A stretch of DNA of 64,000 bases, from positions 195,531 through 259,530 of the forward strand of contig JACKDP010000007.1 in NCBI GenBank assembly GCA_020633435.1, written 5' to 3'. Origin of the DNA: Myxococcales bacterium (GTDB taxonomy: Bacteria > Myxococcota_A > Bradymonadia > UBA7976 > UBA1532). The position numbers and the translations under genes are program-made. Below the pieces are notes generated by a model that was given only the letters and a program-made list of their open reading frames with translations, did no database searches and was not told where the DNA came from. Within the stretch, counting starts at the first letter, position 1; each line of letters opens with the position of its first letter. Positions 39,277 through 48,450 of the stretch are shown one piece after another.

Positions 39277-40355
39277 CTACAGGCCGAACGGCATGTTGAT
39301 GCGCATGGGCTCGCCGCTGAAGGCGGGGAAGCGGAAGCTCTTGACCTGCTGCTCGACGCAGTCGCCCACCGGCTTGCCCTTGTAGGGGCCGCTCGCGGTG
39401 GCCTGGCCGACCTGGCCGGACTTCTCGATGACGAGCGAGACCATGACGGTGCCCGAGGCCGTCGGATCCTGGGCCTTGCAGCCGCGGATCTTGCCGGCGT
39501 TCTGCTTCACCACCCGCAGGATCTGGTCGCGGGCGAGCTTGGCGGGCAGGTTGCTGGCGGGCACGTCGAAGTCGGCCCGGGCCGGGGCCTTGGCGGACCG
39601 GTTGCCGTCGAGGGAGCCCAGCAGGTCGTCCACCTCGGTGCCGCCCTTGGCGGGGCGGGCGGCCGGGGCCGGGGCGGCCGCGGCGACGGCCACGCTGACG
39701 GGGCCGCGGCTGGCGGCTCGTCGCGGGCCGGCGAGCGGCTGGCGCGTTGGGGCCGGGGCTGCGGGGCGGCGGGCGGCGACGACGGCCACGCTCTCGGGGG
39801 CCGCGGTGGCGGGGGCCGCGGCGGCGGCGCTCGCGGGGGCCGCCTCGCTGGCCGGGGCGCGCGCTGGCGGGCGCGGCGGCCGCGGCTGGTGGCCGGGGCC
39901 GCGCTCGCGGCGGTGGCCGGCGCGGCCGAGCTGGGCGCCGCGGCGACGGTGGCCGGCGGCGTGGCCGGCTGATCCATGATGCGCCAGGTGACGAAGGCCC
40001 CCGCGGCGACGCCGGCGACGGCCAGCGTCGCCCAGAGCCAGCCATGGCTGCGCTTCGGCTTGATGACGAGGGGCGCCATCGGCGCCACCACCTCGGGCCC
40101 GGCGAAGGCGGCCTGCACCACGACGGGGGCGTCGGGCACGACCAGATCGGGGGCGCCGAGGGGATCGGCCTCGTCGAGCACGGCCCAGGCGGCCTCGTCC
40201 TCGCCGTCGGCCGGGCCCGCGGGCAGCTCGTCCAGCGCCAGCTTCGCGAGGGCGCGCAGGGCCGCGGGATCGGCCTCGTACTGCCCGGCCAGCCGGCTGC
40301 CGTCGGTGATGCGGCCGCGCTCGAAGGCGGCGCGCAGCGCGTCGAGATCGGTCAT
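39277..40355 (-). CDS. Anti-sigma-like single-pass membrane protein with Pro/Ala-rich linker and TonB/AgmX-like C-terminal domain (two reading frames, apparent frameshift near 39.88 kb)
   Basis: ATG at 40355 overlaps the sigma-like gene stop (ATGA). The N-terminal MTDLDALRAAFERG... frame has a TM helix (WLWATLAVAGVAAGAFVTW) and then decays. The 39277..39789 frame encodes GTVMVSLVIEKSGQVGQATASGPYKGKPVGDCVEQQVKSFRFPAF, which resembles a TonB C-terminal domain. Confidence 0.5.
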
Positions 40356-41011
40356 GCCTCCCCCTCCACCCAGGCGCGGATGCGCGCGAGGGCGCGGTAG
40401 ATGGCCTGGCGGGACAGCCCGCTCTCCCGGGCGGCGTCGGTGACGCTGCCGCCGGCGAGCATGACGCCGAGGGCCGACTGCACCTCGGGGGCGTCGGTCA
40501 GCTCCTCGTTGACCCGCGCCACCACCATCCGGGCGACGCAGCGCGACTGGGGATCCACCGCCCCGGCGAGGCCGAGGCCGTCGTCCCCGCGGCGGGCGAC
40601 GCGGGCCTGCTGGCGGCGCATCTTGTCGCGGGCGCGCCAGACCACCTTCGCCCGCAGCATCGACAGCAGGTGCAGGCGCTTCGGGGGCTGGGCGACGACG
40701 CGCTCCGCCGTCCGCTGGAGGAAGTCGGCCAGCTCGAGGGGATCGGCGGCCATGTCGACCGCGGCGTCCCAGCGGGCCTCCTGCCAGCTCGCCCACTCGC
40801 CAGCGGGCGGGGCCAGCCGCAGGGCGTCGAGCAGCCACGTCGTGAGCGTGGTCTGCACCTCGCCCCCGGCGGGGCCGCGGAGGCGGTCGGCCAGCCGACG
40901 CAGGGCGTCAGCGTAGGCCGGCGCCGACGCGACCGGATCGGTCGTGTCTTCGAGCGCGAGCACGGCCCCCAAGGGATCTTCCTCCGTCACGGCGACGTTG
41001 CGCCCGTTCAC
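40352..41011 (-). CDS. Sigma-70 region-4-containing protein (divergent ECF-like sigma factor)
   Basis: C-terminal HTH VMLAGGSVTDAARESGLSRQAIYRALARIRAWV. The upstream region-2-like helix is weakly recognisable. Confidence 0.6.
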   Translation of the reverse strand: MNGRNVAVTEEDPLGAVLALEDTTDPVASAPAYADALRRLADRLRGPAGGEVQTTLTTWLLDALRLAPPAGEWASWQEARWDAAVDMAADPLELADFLQRTAERVVAQPPKRLHLLSMLRAKVVWRARDKMRRQQARVARRGDDGLGLAGAVDPQSRCVARMVVARVNEELTDAPEVQSALGVMLAGGSVTDAARESGLSRQAIYRALARIRAWVEGEA

Positions 41012-41248
41012 GTTCAGGTTTCCGTCTCTACGCCAGGTGTGGGATGGACTGTCCGGGGCGAGCGCTCGGGCCGGGGATGCGCTCTCCGCCGGCGGGTGCT
41101 CCGGCTGGTCGGCGTCGGTCCTCGGTGCCCATGGTCGTGTCGCTCTCCCCCGCGCTCACGGCGGGGAATAGAGCACACTTGGACCCGCCGCGCCATGCGC
41201 CCGGCCGGCCATCTTGGAAGCCGCCGATACGACGAAGAAAAACGGTGA

Positions 41249-42070
41249 TCAGACCGGCAGGCGGCCCGCCCAGCCCGGGGCGGCGTCGTAGCCGAGGCGC
41301 CGCAGCGTGTCGCCGAAGTGGTGCTCGAAGCGCTCCGCCGTCTCCCGGGAGAAGTGGTTGACCCAGTCGCCGGCCACCCCCTTGCGCCGGAAGGAGGCGC
41401 GGTCCTCCTGGCCGGCCTTGCGCCCCGTCTGGCGGGCGAAGGTGAACTTCTCGGCGGTGGCCCGGGCCTGGGCGGCGTCGAGGGGCCGGCCGCTGTGCAG
41501 CGGGATGATGCGCGCCAGCTCCCCGGCGGTGTCGGCCAGCAGATCCTCGTAGCGCAACCGGACGACGTGCGGGCGGTCGAAGGCCCAGCCCTCGACGTGC
41601 TGCCCCCACGACATGCGGGTGCCGCGCGGGTGGCGCAGCTCGTGCTCCAGGAAGCGGGCGAGGTGGCTGCGCGCGTCGGCCGCGTCGAAGCCCGCCCCGA
41701 AGAGGCGCTCGTACACGCCGGCGTGGCTGTGCCGCTCCCCGCGCTCCCGGGCCACCGCCAGCTCGCGCATCCGGTGGAACCACAGCGACACCAGCACGTC
41801 GCGCCCGTCGCGCACCAGGTAGAAGACGCGCCGCAGCCGCGGATCGTAGCCCCAGTGGTTGTGGATGACCGCCGTGTGGGCGACGGGCAGCCGCGGGTGC
41901 TGGGGGAAGGGGATCTGCAGCGCGTCGGCGATCATCTGGCCGAGCCAGGTGCCGCCCGACTTCTGGTACTCGCAGACGTAGTACAGCGGGAGGTGCTCGC
42001 CGAAGTAGCGGCCCAGCAGCCGGGTGCCGTGGACGCCGAGGCGCAGCAGGTTGTCGTGGATGAGGCCCAT
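41249..42070 (-). CDS. PAPS-dependent sulfotransferase-family protein
   Basis: 5'-PSB motif KSGGTW and 3'-PB motif RDGRDV. Start trimmed to MGLIHDN at 42070. Confidence 0.8.
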   Translation of the reverse strand: MGLIHDNLLRLGVHGTRLLGRYFGEHLPLYYVCEYQKSGGTWLGQMIADALQIPFPQHPRLPVAHTAVIHNHWGYDPRLRRVFYLVRDGRDVLVSLWFHRMRELAVARERGERHSHAGVYERLFGAGFDAADARSHLARFLEHELRHPRGTRMSWGQHVEGWAFDRPHVVRLRYEDLLADTAGELARIIPLHSGRPLDAAQARATAEKFTFARQTGRKAGQEDRASFRRKGVAGDWVNHFSRETAERFEHHFGDTLRRLGYDAAPGWAGRLPV

Positions 42071-42168
42071 GGCCTTCCATAGCCCACCCGGTCGCCGGGA
42101 CTCAACGGGGAGGGGAGTTGACGCGGCCCGGTGCTTCCCGGATCGTCCTGCCGAGCGCAAGGAGGCCC

Positions 42169-43872
42169 ATGGCCGAGCCCACCCCGAGTCCACTGTCGGC
42201 GTCCGCGGCCACCCGCTGGGCCGGCCTCGCCGTGCTGGCCCTGGGCGGCATCGCGTGGCTGCCGTGGATGGCGACGCCGGCCGTGCGCTACAGCCTGCTC
42301 GGCTCGGCGGTGGTGGCCGCCGTCTGGCTCGGCCTGCTGGTGCGGCGGCGGGGCGCCAGCCTCTCGGCCCAGATCGTCATCCGGCGGCCCCACTGGGTCC
42401 AGACCATCGCCCACAGCTCCATCTACTTCTACTGGGGCCAGTACGTCGACGTCGTCTATCAGCAGGTCCCGCTCATCCTGAGCCAGGTGGTCTTCGCCTA
42501 CGTGCTCGACCTGCTCGTCGCCTGGACGCGCGGCCGCAAGTGGCAGATCGGCTTCGGGCCCATCCCCATCATCGGCAGCACCAACCTCTTCTTGTGGTTC
42601 CACGCCGACGTCTTCTACCTGCAGCTCGCCATGGTGGCCGCGGCCTTCCTGTCCCGGGAGTTCCTGCGCTGGCGGCGCGAGGGCCACGACATCCACATCT
42701 TCAACCCGTCGGGCTTCGGCCTGTCCCTGGCGTCCATCCTGGTCATCGCCACGGGCACGACGGAGTGGACGTGGGGCTCCACCATCGCCACCACGCTCAT
42801 CCACGCCCCCTACATGTTCGAGTGGATCTTCGCGGCCGGCATCGTGGTGCAGATCCTGTTCGGCGTGTGCCTGGTCACGATGACGTCGGCCCTGGTGGTC
42901 TTCCTGGGCGGGCTCCTGTGGTTCAAGGCGACGGGGGACTGGTACTTCGAGAACGAGCACATCCCCATCGCGGTCTTCCTGGGGATGCACCTGCTCATCA
43001 CCGATCCGGTGACGTCGCCGCGGGCCAACGGGGGCAAGGTCCTGTTCGGCACCCTGTATGGTCTGGCGGTTTTCCCCTTGTATTCCGGTCTGTTGAGCAT
43101 CGGGACGCCGAGCTTCTACGACAAGCTGCTGCAGGTGCCGGTGCTGAACCTGCTGGTGCCGGTGCTGGAGCGGGTGGGGCGCCACCTGCGCTGGCCGGGC
43201 TGGAAGCTGTCGCCGGCGAAGACGAACCTGCTGCACGTGGGGCTGTGGGGGGGCGCCTTCGCCTTCATGGTGGGGCCGCTCAAGCACCACCCCGGGCAGC
43301 AGCCCGCCTACTGGGCCGCGCGCTGCGCGCAGGGCATCGAGCGCTCCTGCCACAACATGGTCCTGCTCTACGACGGCCTCTGCAAGCGCAAGGTCGGCGA
43401 CGCGTGCGTGCTCCTCGGCGACCACTTCATGGAGGGGAAGCTCATCCCCGGCGACGAGACGCGGGCGGTCTACTTCTACGAGCAGGCCTGCCAGCACGGC
43501 ATCGCCCGCGGCTGCGGGATGCTGGCCCTGGCCCATGAGGACGGGCGCGGCGGGCTTTCGGCCTCGCCGGCGAGCGCGGCCATCGTGCGCACCCGGGCCT
43601 GCGAGCTGGGGGACGAGGCGGCCTGCGTGGAGCAGGCGGCGCGGCTGGTGGACGGCCGCGGCGTGCCCGCCGATCCGCCCGGGGCCGCGCGCCTGCTGGA
43701 GGGCGCCTGCCGGCGCGGCCACGCCCAGGCGTGTGGCATCCTGGGCTTCATGCTGCAGCGCGGCCAGGGCATCCCCGTGGACCTGCCCCGCGCGCGGACG
43801 ATGTACGATGAGGCCTGTCGACGGGGCCTGGAGCCCGCCTGCCGCCAGCGCGACGCGCTGGGGGGGCCATGA
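42169..43872 (+). CDS. Polytopic membrane protein (~10 TM) with C-terminal Cys-containing Sel1-like repeats
   Basis: ATG at 42169 with GGAGG 4 nt upstream. A long hydrophobic core. The tail has repeated AC..G...GC/ACRRG..QAC modules (Sel1/HcpA-like). Confidence 0.75.
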   Translation: MAEPTPSPLSASAATRWAGLAVLALGGIAWLPWMATPAVRYSLLGSAVVAAVWLGLLVRRRGASLSAQIVIRRPHWVQTIAHSSIYFYWGQYVDVVYQQVPLILSQVVFAYVLDLLVAWTRGRKWQIGFGPIPIIGSTNLFLWFHADVFYLQLAMVAAAFLSREFLRWRREGHDIHIFNPSGFGLSLASILVIATGTTEWTWGSTIATTLIHAPYMFEWIFAAGIVVQILFGVCLVTMTSALVVFLGGLLWFKATGDWYFENEHIPIAVFLGMHLLITDPVTSPRANGGKVLFGTLYGLAVFPLYSGLLSIGTPSFYDKLLQVPVLNLLVPVLERVGRHLRWPGWKLSPAKTNLLHVGLWGGAFAFMVGPLKHHPGQQPAYWAARCAQGIERSCHNMVLLYDGLCKRKVGDACVLLGDHFMEGKLIPGDETRAVYFYEQACQHGIARGCGMLALAHEDGRGGLSASPASAAIVRTRACELGDEAACVEQAARLVDGRGVPADPPGAARLLEGACRRGHAQACGILGFMLQRGQGIPVDLPRARTMYDEACRRGLEPACRQRDALGGP

Positions 43873-43894
43873 GGACAGCGAGAGGGTGCGTGTG

Positions 43895-46800
43895 ATGGAC
43901 TGGAGGCGATGGGCGGCGCTCGGCGTGGCCGTGGGCGTGCTGGGCGCGTGCGAGGAGAAGATCCGCGAGCCGGGCGAGCCGCCGCGGCCCGTACGCGTCA
44001 AGGAGGAGCCGCCGCCCGCGGCCCTCAGCTCGACGCCCCTGCCGGAGCGCGTCGCCACGCCGGGGACGCGCTTCGAGGCCGTGGACGCGGCCGCCGCCGG
44101 CCTCACCTTCAAGCACCGCTGGTCGGATGATCCCAAGCACCAGCAGGAGTTCACGGGGCCCTTCTCCGGGGGCGGCGTGGCCGTGGGCGACTACGACGGC
44201 GACGGGCGGCCCGACGTCTTCCTGACGCGGCCCGGGGGCGGCGGGCGGCTGTACCGCAACGAGGGCGACTTCCGGTTCCGCGACACGACGGCGGAGGCGG
44301 GCATCGGCGACGACGGCTGGACGACGGGCCCGGCGTTCGTGGACGTGGACGGCGACGGCGATCTGGACCTCTTCGTGGGCCGCTTCGATGCCCCGAACCG
44401 GCTCTACATCAACGACGGCGGCAAGTTCACCGATCAGGCGGCCGCGCTGGGGCTGGCCTACAGCGGAGCGACCGTCTCCATGGCCTTCGCCGACGTGGAT
44501 CGCGACGGCGACCTGGACGCCTACCTCGTCACCTACCGCCGCACCCCGGCGGAGCCCTTGAAGGGCAACCCGGTCATCGAGGACGGCAAGCCCATGCCGC
44601 CCCCCGAGCACCGCGAGTACCTGGCCATCATGATGCGCCCCGACAAGGGCCCCGTCATCGTGAACGCCGGGCAGCAGGATCGCTTCTTCCGCAATGAAAA
44701 CGGGCGGTTCGTCGACGCGAGCGCCGAGGTCGGCCTGGGGGCCGAGTACGAGATGGGCCTGTCGGCCCGCTTCTTCGACGCCGATGACGACGGCTACCCC
44801 GACCTGTACGTGGCCAACGACTTCTTCGGGGCGGACCACCTGTACCGCAACGAGGGCGGCCGGCGGTTCGTGGAGATCACCCGGGAGGCGCTGCCCCACA
44901 CGGCGTGGTTCTCCATGGGCACCGACGCCGCCGACATCGACGGGGACGGCCGGCTCGACCTCTTCACCGCCGACATGTCGGGGACGAACCACTTCAAGCA
45001 GAAGCTCTCCATGGGCGACATGAACGACGACGGCTGGTTCCTCGAGTTCCCCGAGCCGCGCCAGTACATGCGCAACGCCGTCTTCCTGAACACGGGCCTC
45101 GGCCGGTTCCAGGAGGTCGCCCAGCTCCTCGGCCTGGCCAACACGGACTGGACGTGGACGCCGCGCTTCGGCGACCTGGACGAGGACGGCCGCGAGGACC
45201 TCTTCGTCTCCAACGGCATGACGCGGGACTACTCCGACAGCGACATCCGCCAGCAGCTCAAGGACGGCAACCGCTGGCAGGGCCTCGACCTGGAGTTCTG
45301 GCTCAAGCAGCCCGAGCGGCGCGAGCCCAACCTGGCGTTCCGCAACGAGGGGGATCTGCGCTTCTCGTCGGTAGGGCCCGCGTGGGGCCTCGACGAGCCG
45401 AGCGTGAGCTTCGGGGCGGCCCAGGCCGACTTCGATGGCGACGGCGACCTGGACATCATCACCAACGACTTCGAGGCGCCGCCGCGGCTGTACCGCAACC
45501 GCACGGCGCGCACGCGGCGCCTGCGGGTGAAGCTGGTGAGCGCGGACGCCAACACGGCGGGCATCGGCGCGCGGGTCACGGTGGTCACGCCCACGGGGGC
45601 CCAGGTGCGCGAGCTGGCCCTGTCGGGCGGGTTCATGTCGCAGAGCGAGCCGCTGCTGCACTTCGGCCTGGGCGAGGACGCCACGGTGACGACGCTCACC
45701 GTCCGCTGGCCGAGCGGCCGGGAGCAGAGCTTCTCCAACCTGGCGGCCGACATGCTCTACACGGTGCGGGAGCTGCCCACGGCCCCCCGCGCCGAGCCGC
45801 CGCAGCTCCCGCCGGCCCTCTTCGTGGCCGCCGCGTCGCCGCCGGGTCGGCATGAGGAGCGCCCCTACGACGACTTCCGCCGGGAGCCCCTGCTGCCCAA
45901 CAAGCTCTCGACGCTCGGTCCGGGGCTGGCGTGGGGCGACGTGGACGGGGACGGCGACGCCGATCTCTGGCAGGGCGGCGCGGCCGGCCAGGCCGGGCGG
46001 GTGCTCCTCAGCGAGGGCGGCCAGCTCGTGCCGCGGCAGGACGAGGCGCTGGTCGCCGACGCCGCCGCCGAGGACATGGGCGGTGTCTTCCTCGACGCCG
46101 ACAGCGACGGCGACCTGGACCTGTACGTGGTGAGCGGCGGCGTGGAGCTGGAGCCCGGCAGCCCGCTGCTGCGCGACCGCCTGTACCTCAACGACGGCGG
46201 CAAGCTGACGCGGGCCAGCAAGGCCCTGCCCGACCTGCGCGACAGCGGGGGGCCGGTGGCCGCGGCCGACTTCGACGGGGACGGCGACCTGGACCTCTTC
46301 GTGGGCGGGCGCGTGGTGCCGGGCCGCTACCCGAGCGCGCCGGACAGCCGCCTGCTGAAGAACGAGAAAGGCACGTTCACGGACGTGACGGATCTGCTCG
46401 CCAGCGGCCTGCGCACGGCGGGCATGGCCACGGGGGCGCTGTGGTCGGACGCCGACGGGGACGGCAAGCTGGACCTGCTGGTGGCCTACGAGTGGGGCCC
46501 GGTGCGGCTCTGGCGCAACGCCGGCGGCAAGCTGGAGGAGGCCACCCGCGACGCGGGCCTCGACGCCCACCACGGCTGGAACAACGGCGTCATCGGGGCC
46601 GACTTCGACGGCGACGGCGACGTGGACTACGTGGTGGCCGGCTTCGGGCACAACCTGAAGTACCACGCCAGCGACGAGCACCCGGCCGTGCTGTACTACG
46701 GCCCCTTCGGCACCGGCGGCGCGATGCAGCTCGTCGAGGCCAAGTACAGCGACGACACCCTGCTGCCGGTGCGCGGCCTGTCGTGCTCCTCCGACGCGAT

Positions 46801-47551
46801 GCCCGAAATCCGCAGTCGTTACAAGACCTTCGCCGACTTCGCGCGGGCGACGGCCCACGACATCTACGGCGACGCCCTCGACAAGGCCCAGCGCTTCGAG
46901 GCGGACACCCTCGACACCGGCATCTGGCTCAACCAGGGCGGCCGGTTCACGTTCCAGCCCCTGCCGCGCATGGCCCAGGCGGCGCCTGTCTTCGGCATGG
47001 CGGCGGTGGACGTGGACGCCGACGGCAAGCTCGACCTGGTGCTGGCGCAGAACTTCTTCGGCCCCCAGCGCGAGACGGGGCGGATGGACGGCGGCGTCTC
47101 GGTGCTCCTGCGGGGTCATGGCGATGGCACCTTCACGGCGGTGCCGCCGACGGAGAGCGGCCTGCTCGTCCCCGAGGACGCCAAGGCGCTCACGGTGGCC
47201 GATCTGGACGGCGACCCCTGGCCCGACCTGGCCTTCGCCGTCAACGACGGGCCGATCAAGCTGTACCGCCACCGGGGCCTGGGCCTGGGCAAGCCGTACG
47301 CCGTTCGCCTCAAGGGGCCGGCCGGCAACCCGGCGGCCGTGGGCGCCCGCGTCGAGCTCGTGCTGAAGGGCGGGGCGCGGCGGGTGGCCTGGACGCAGGC
47401 GGGCAGCGGCTACCTGTCCCAGGACGACGGCCGCGTCCGCTTCGGCCTGGGCAGCGGCGAGGAGCCCGAGTCGGTGAACATCCGCTGGCCCGACGGGCAG
47501 GTCACCACCCACCCGGCCGGCGCCGACGGGGTCGAGGCCACGCGGAGCTGA
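43895..47551 (+). CDS. CRTAC1-family lipoprotein: tandem FG-GAP/VCBS beta-propeller repeats with two ASPIC/UnbV domains
   Basis: Lipobox LGVAVGVLGAC. Repeated DxDGDGxxD FG-GAP calcium motifs. ASPIC/UnbV signatures (RVTVVTPTGAQVRELALSGGFMSQSEPLLHFGLG and a second copy at the C-terminus). Lies 22 nt after the upstream gene. Confidence 0.85.
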   Translation: MDWRRWAALGVAVGVLGACEEKIREPGEPPRPVRVKEEPPPAALSSTPLPERVATPGTRFEAVDAAAAGLTFKHRWSDDPKHQQEFTGPFSGGGVAVGDYDGDGRPDVFLTRPGGGGRLYRNEGDFRFRDTTAEAGIGDDGWTTGPAFVDVDGDGDLDLFVGRFDAPNRLYINDGGKFTDQAAALGLAYSGATVSMAFADVDRDGDLDAYLVTYRRTPAEPLKGNPVIEDGKPMPPPEHREYLAIMMRPDKGPVIVNAGQQDRFFRNENGRFVDASAEVGLGAEYEMGLSARFFDADDDGYPDLYVANDFFGADHLYRNEGGRRFVEITREALPHTAWFSMGTDAADIDGDGRLDLFTADMSGTNHFKQKLSMGDMNDDGWFLEFPEPRQYMRNAVFLNTGLGRFQEVAQLLGLANTDWTWTPRFGDLDEDGREDLFVSNGMTRDYSDSDIRQQLKDGNRWQGLDLEFWLKQPERREPNLAFRNEGDLRFSSVGPAWGLDEPSVSFGAAQADFDGDGDLDIITNDFEAPPRLYRNRTARTRRLRVKLVSADANTAGIGARVTVVTPTGAQVRELALSGGFMSQSEPLLHFGLGEDATVTTLTVRWPSGREQSFSNLAADMLYTVRELPTAPRAEPPQLPPALFVAAASPPGRHEERPYDDFRREPLLPNKLSTLGPGLAWGDVDGDGDADLWQGGAAGQAGRVLLSEGGQLVPRQDEALVADAAAEDMGGVFLDADSDGDLDLYVVSGGVELEPGSPLLRDRLYLNDGGKLTRASKALPDLRDSGGPVAAADFDGDGDLDLFVGGRVVPGRYPSAPDSRLLKNEKGTFTDVTDLLASGLRTAGMATGALWSDADGDGKLDLLVAYEWGPVRLWRNAGGKLEEATRDAGLDAHHGWNNGVIGADFDGDGDVDYVVAGFGHNLKYHASDEHPAVLYYGPFGTGGAMQLVEAKYSDDTLLPVRGLSCSSDAMPEIRSRYKTFADFARATAHDIYGDALDKAQRFEADTLDTGIWLNQGGRFTFQPLPRMAQAAPVFGMAAVDVDADGKLDLVLAQNFFGPQRETGRMDGGVSVLLRGHGDGTFTAVPPTESGLLVPEDAKALTVADLDGDPWPDLAFAVNDGPIKLYRHRGLGLGKPYAVRLKGPAGNPAAVGARVELVLKGGARRVAWTQAGSGYLSQDDGRVRFGLGSGEEPESVNIRWPDGQVTTHPAGADGVEATRS

Positions 47552-47555
47552 GGCC

Positions 47556-48440
47556 ATGCGCGCGCTCCTCGCCGGCCTGCTGGCCCTGCTGCCCCTGGCC
47601 GCCCGGGCCGACGACCGTACGCTGCGGGTGCAGCTCGGCCCCGGGGTGGCGGGCCCCGCGGCGCCCATCCCCCTGTACTTCGACCAGCGCCTGACCATCG
47701 TGCTGCCCGACGCGGTGCGCCTGGCGGTGGCGGGCAGCGCCGACGTCCTGGTGGCCCACACCCAGGACAACGTCGTCGTCGCGACGCTCATCGACAGCGA
47801 GTACGTGCGGGCCGTGAAGCCGCGCACCAACCTGACGGTGCTCACCGAGGCGGGTGCGGCGTTCACGTGCACCATCGCGGTGGCCGAGGCCGCCGACGCG
47901 GTGGCGGTCAACCTGATCGAGGTGCAGCGGGCCCCGGATCACGCCCAGCGCGTGGGGGCCGAGGCGAAGGCCGCGCTGGCCGCCTGGCTGGCCGATCCGG
48001 GCACGGCCGATCCCGACGTGGCCCGCGCGCTGGCGGCGATGACGCCCGAGGTGGAGAAGCAGGCGACGCGGCAGATCGCGGCCTGGGCGGCGGACGGGGG
48101 CTTCGAGGTGCTGGCCGGCGTGCAGCGGACGCGGCAGGGCTTCATCTACCTGACGAGCCACGGGCTGCTGCGGCTGGGGGACGCGGCGGTGCTGCGGCTG
48201 ACGGCGGCGAACCACAGCCAGCCCGCCCTCACGCTGGGGAGCGTGCGCGTCTTCGCGGGGGGGCAGGCCGTGCCGGCGGGGCAGGTGGTGACGACGGTGC
48301 GCGACGCCGCCCTCCTGCCGGACGGGCAGCCCCGGGCGGTCGGCGTGCTCTTCCCGGCCGCGGCGCTGCGCGATCAGGTCGCGGTGGAGGTCTGCGAGGC
48401 GGGGGCCGAGCCGCGGTGCGTCCGCCTGGACGTCCGCTGA
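47556..48440 (+). CDS. Secreted hypothetical protein (294 aa)
   Basis: Signal peptide MRALLAGLLALLPLAARA. Starts 5 nt after the CRTAC1 stop. Possibly a myxobacteria-restricted paralogous family. Confidence 0.6.
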   Translation: MRALLAGLLALLPLAARADDRTLRVQLGPGVAGPAAPIPLYFDQRLTIVLPDAVRLAVAGSADVLVAHTQDNVVVATLIDSEYVRAVKPRTNLTVLTEAGAAFTCTIAVAEAADAVAVNLIEVQRAPDHAQRVGAEAKAALAAWLADPGTADPDVARALAAMTPEVEKQATRQIAAWAADGGFEVLAGVQRTRQGFIYLTSHGLLRLGDAAVLRLTAANHSQPALTLGSVRVFAGGQAVPAGQVVTTVRDAALLPDGQPRAVGVLFPAAALRDQVAVEVCEAGAEPRCVRLDVR

Positions 48441-48450
48441 GGGGCGGGGA

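Noticed and set aside
37696-39972. 758-aa plus-strand ORF antisense to the Cu-monooxygenase-like lipoprotein
   Set aside because: Gly/Ala/Arg junk. The minus strand has a lipobox and conserved metal-ligand motifs.
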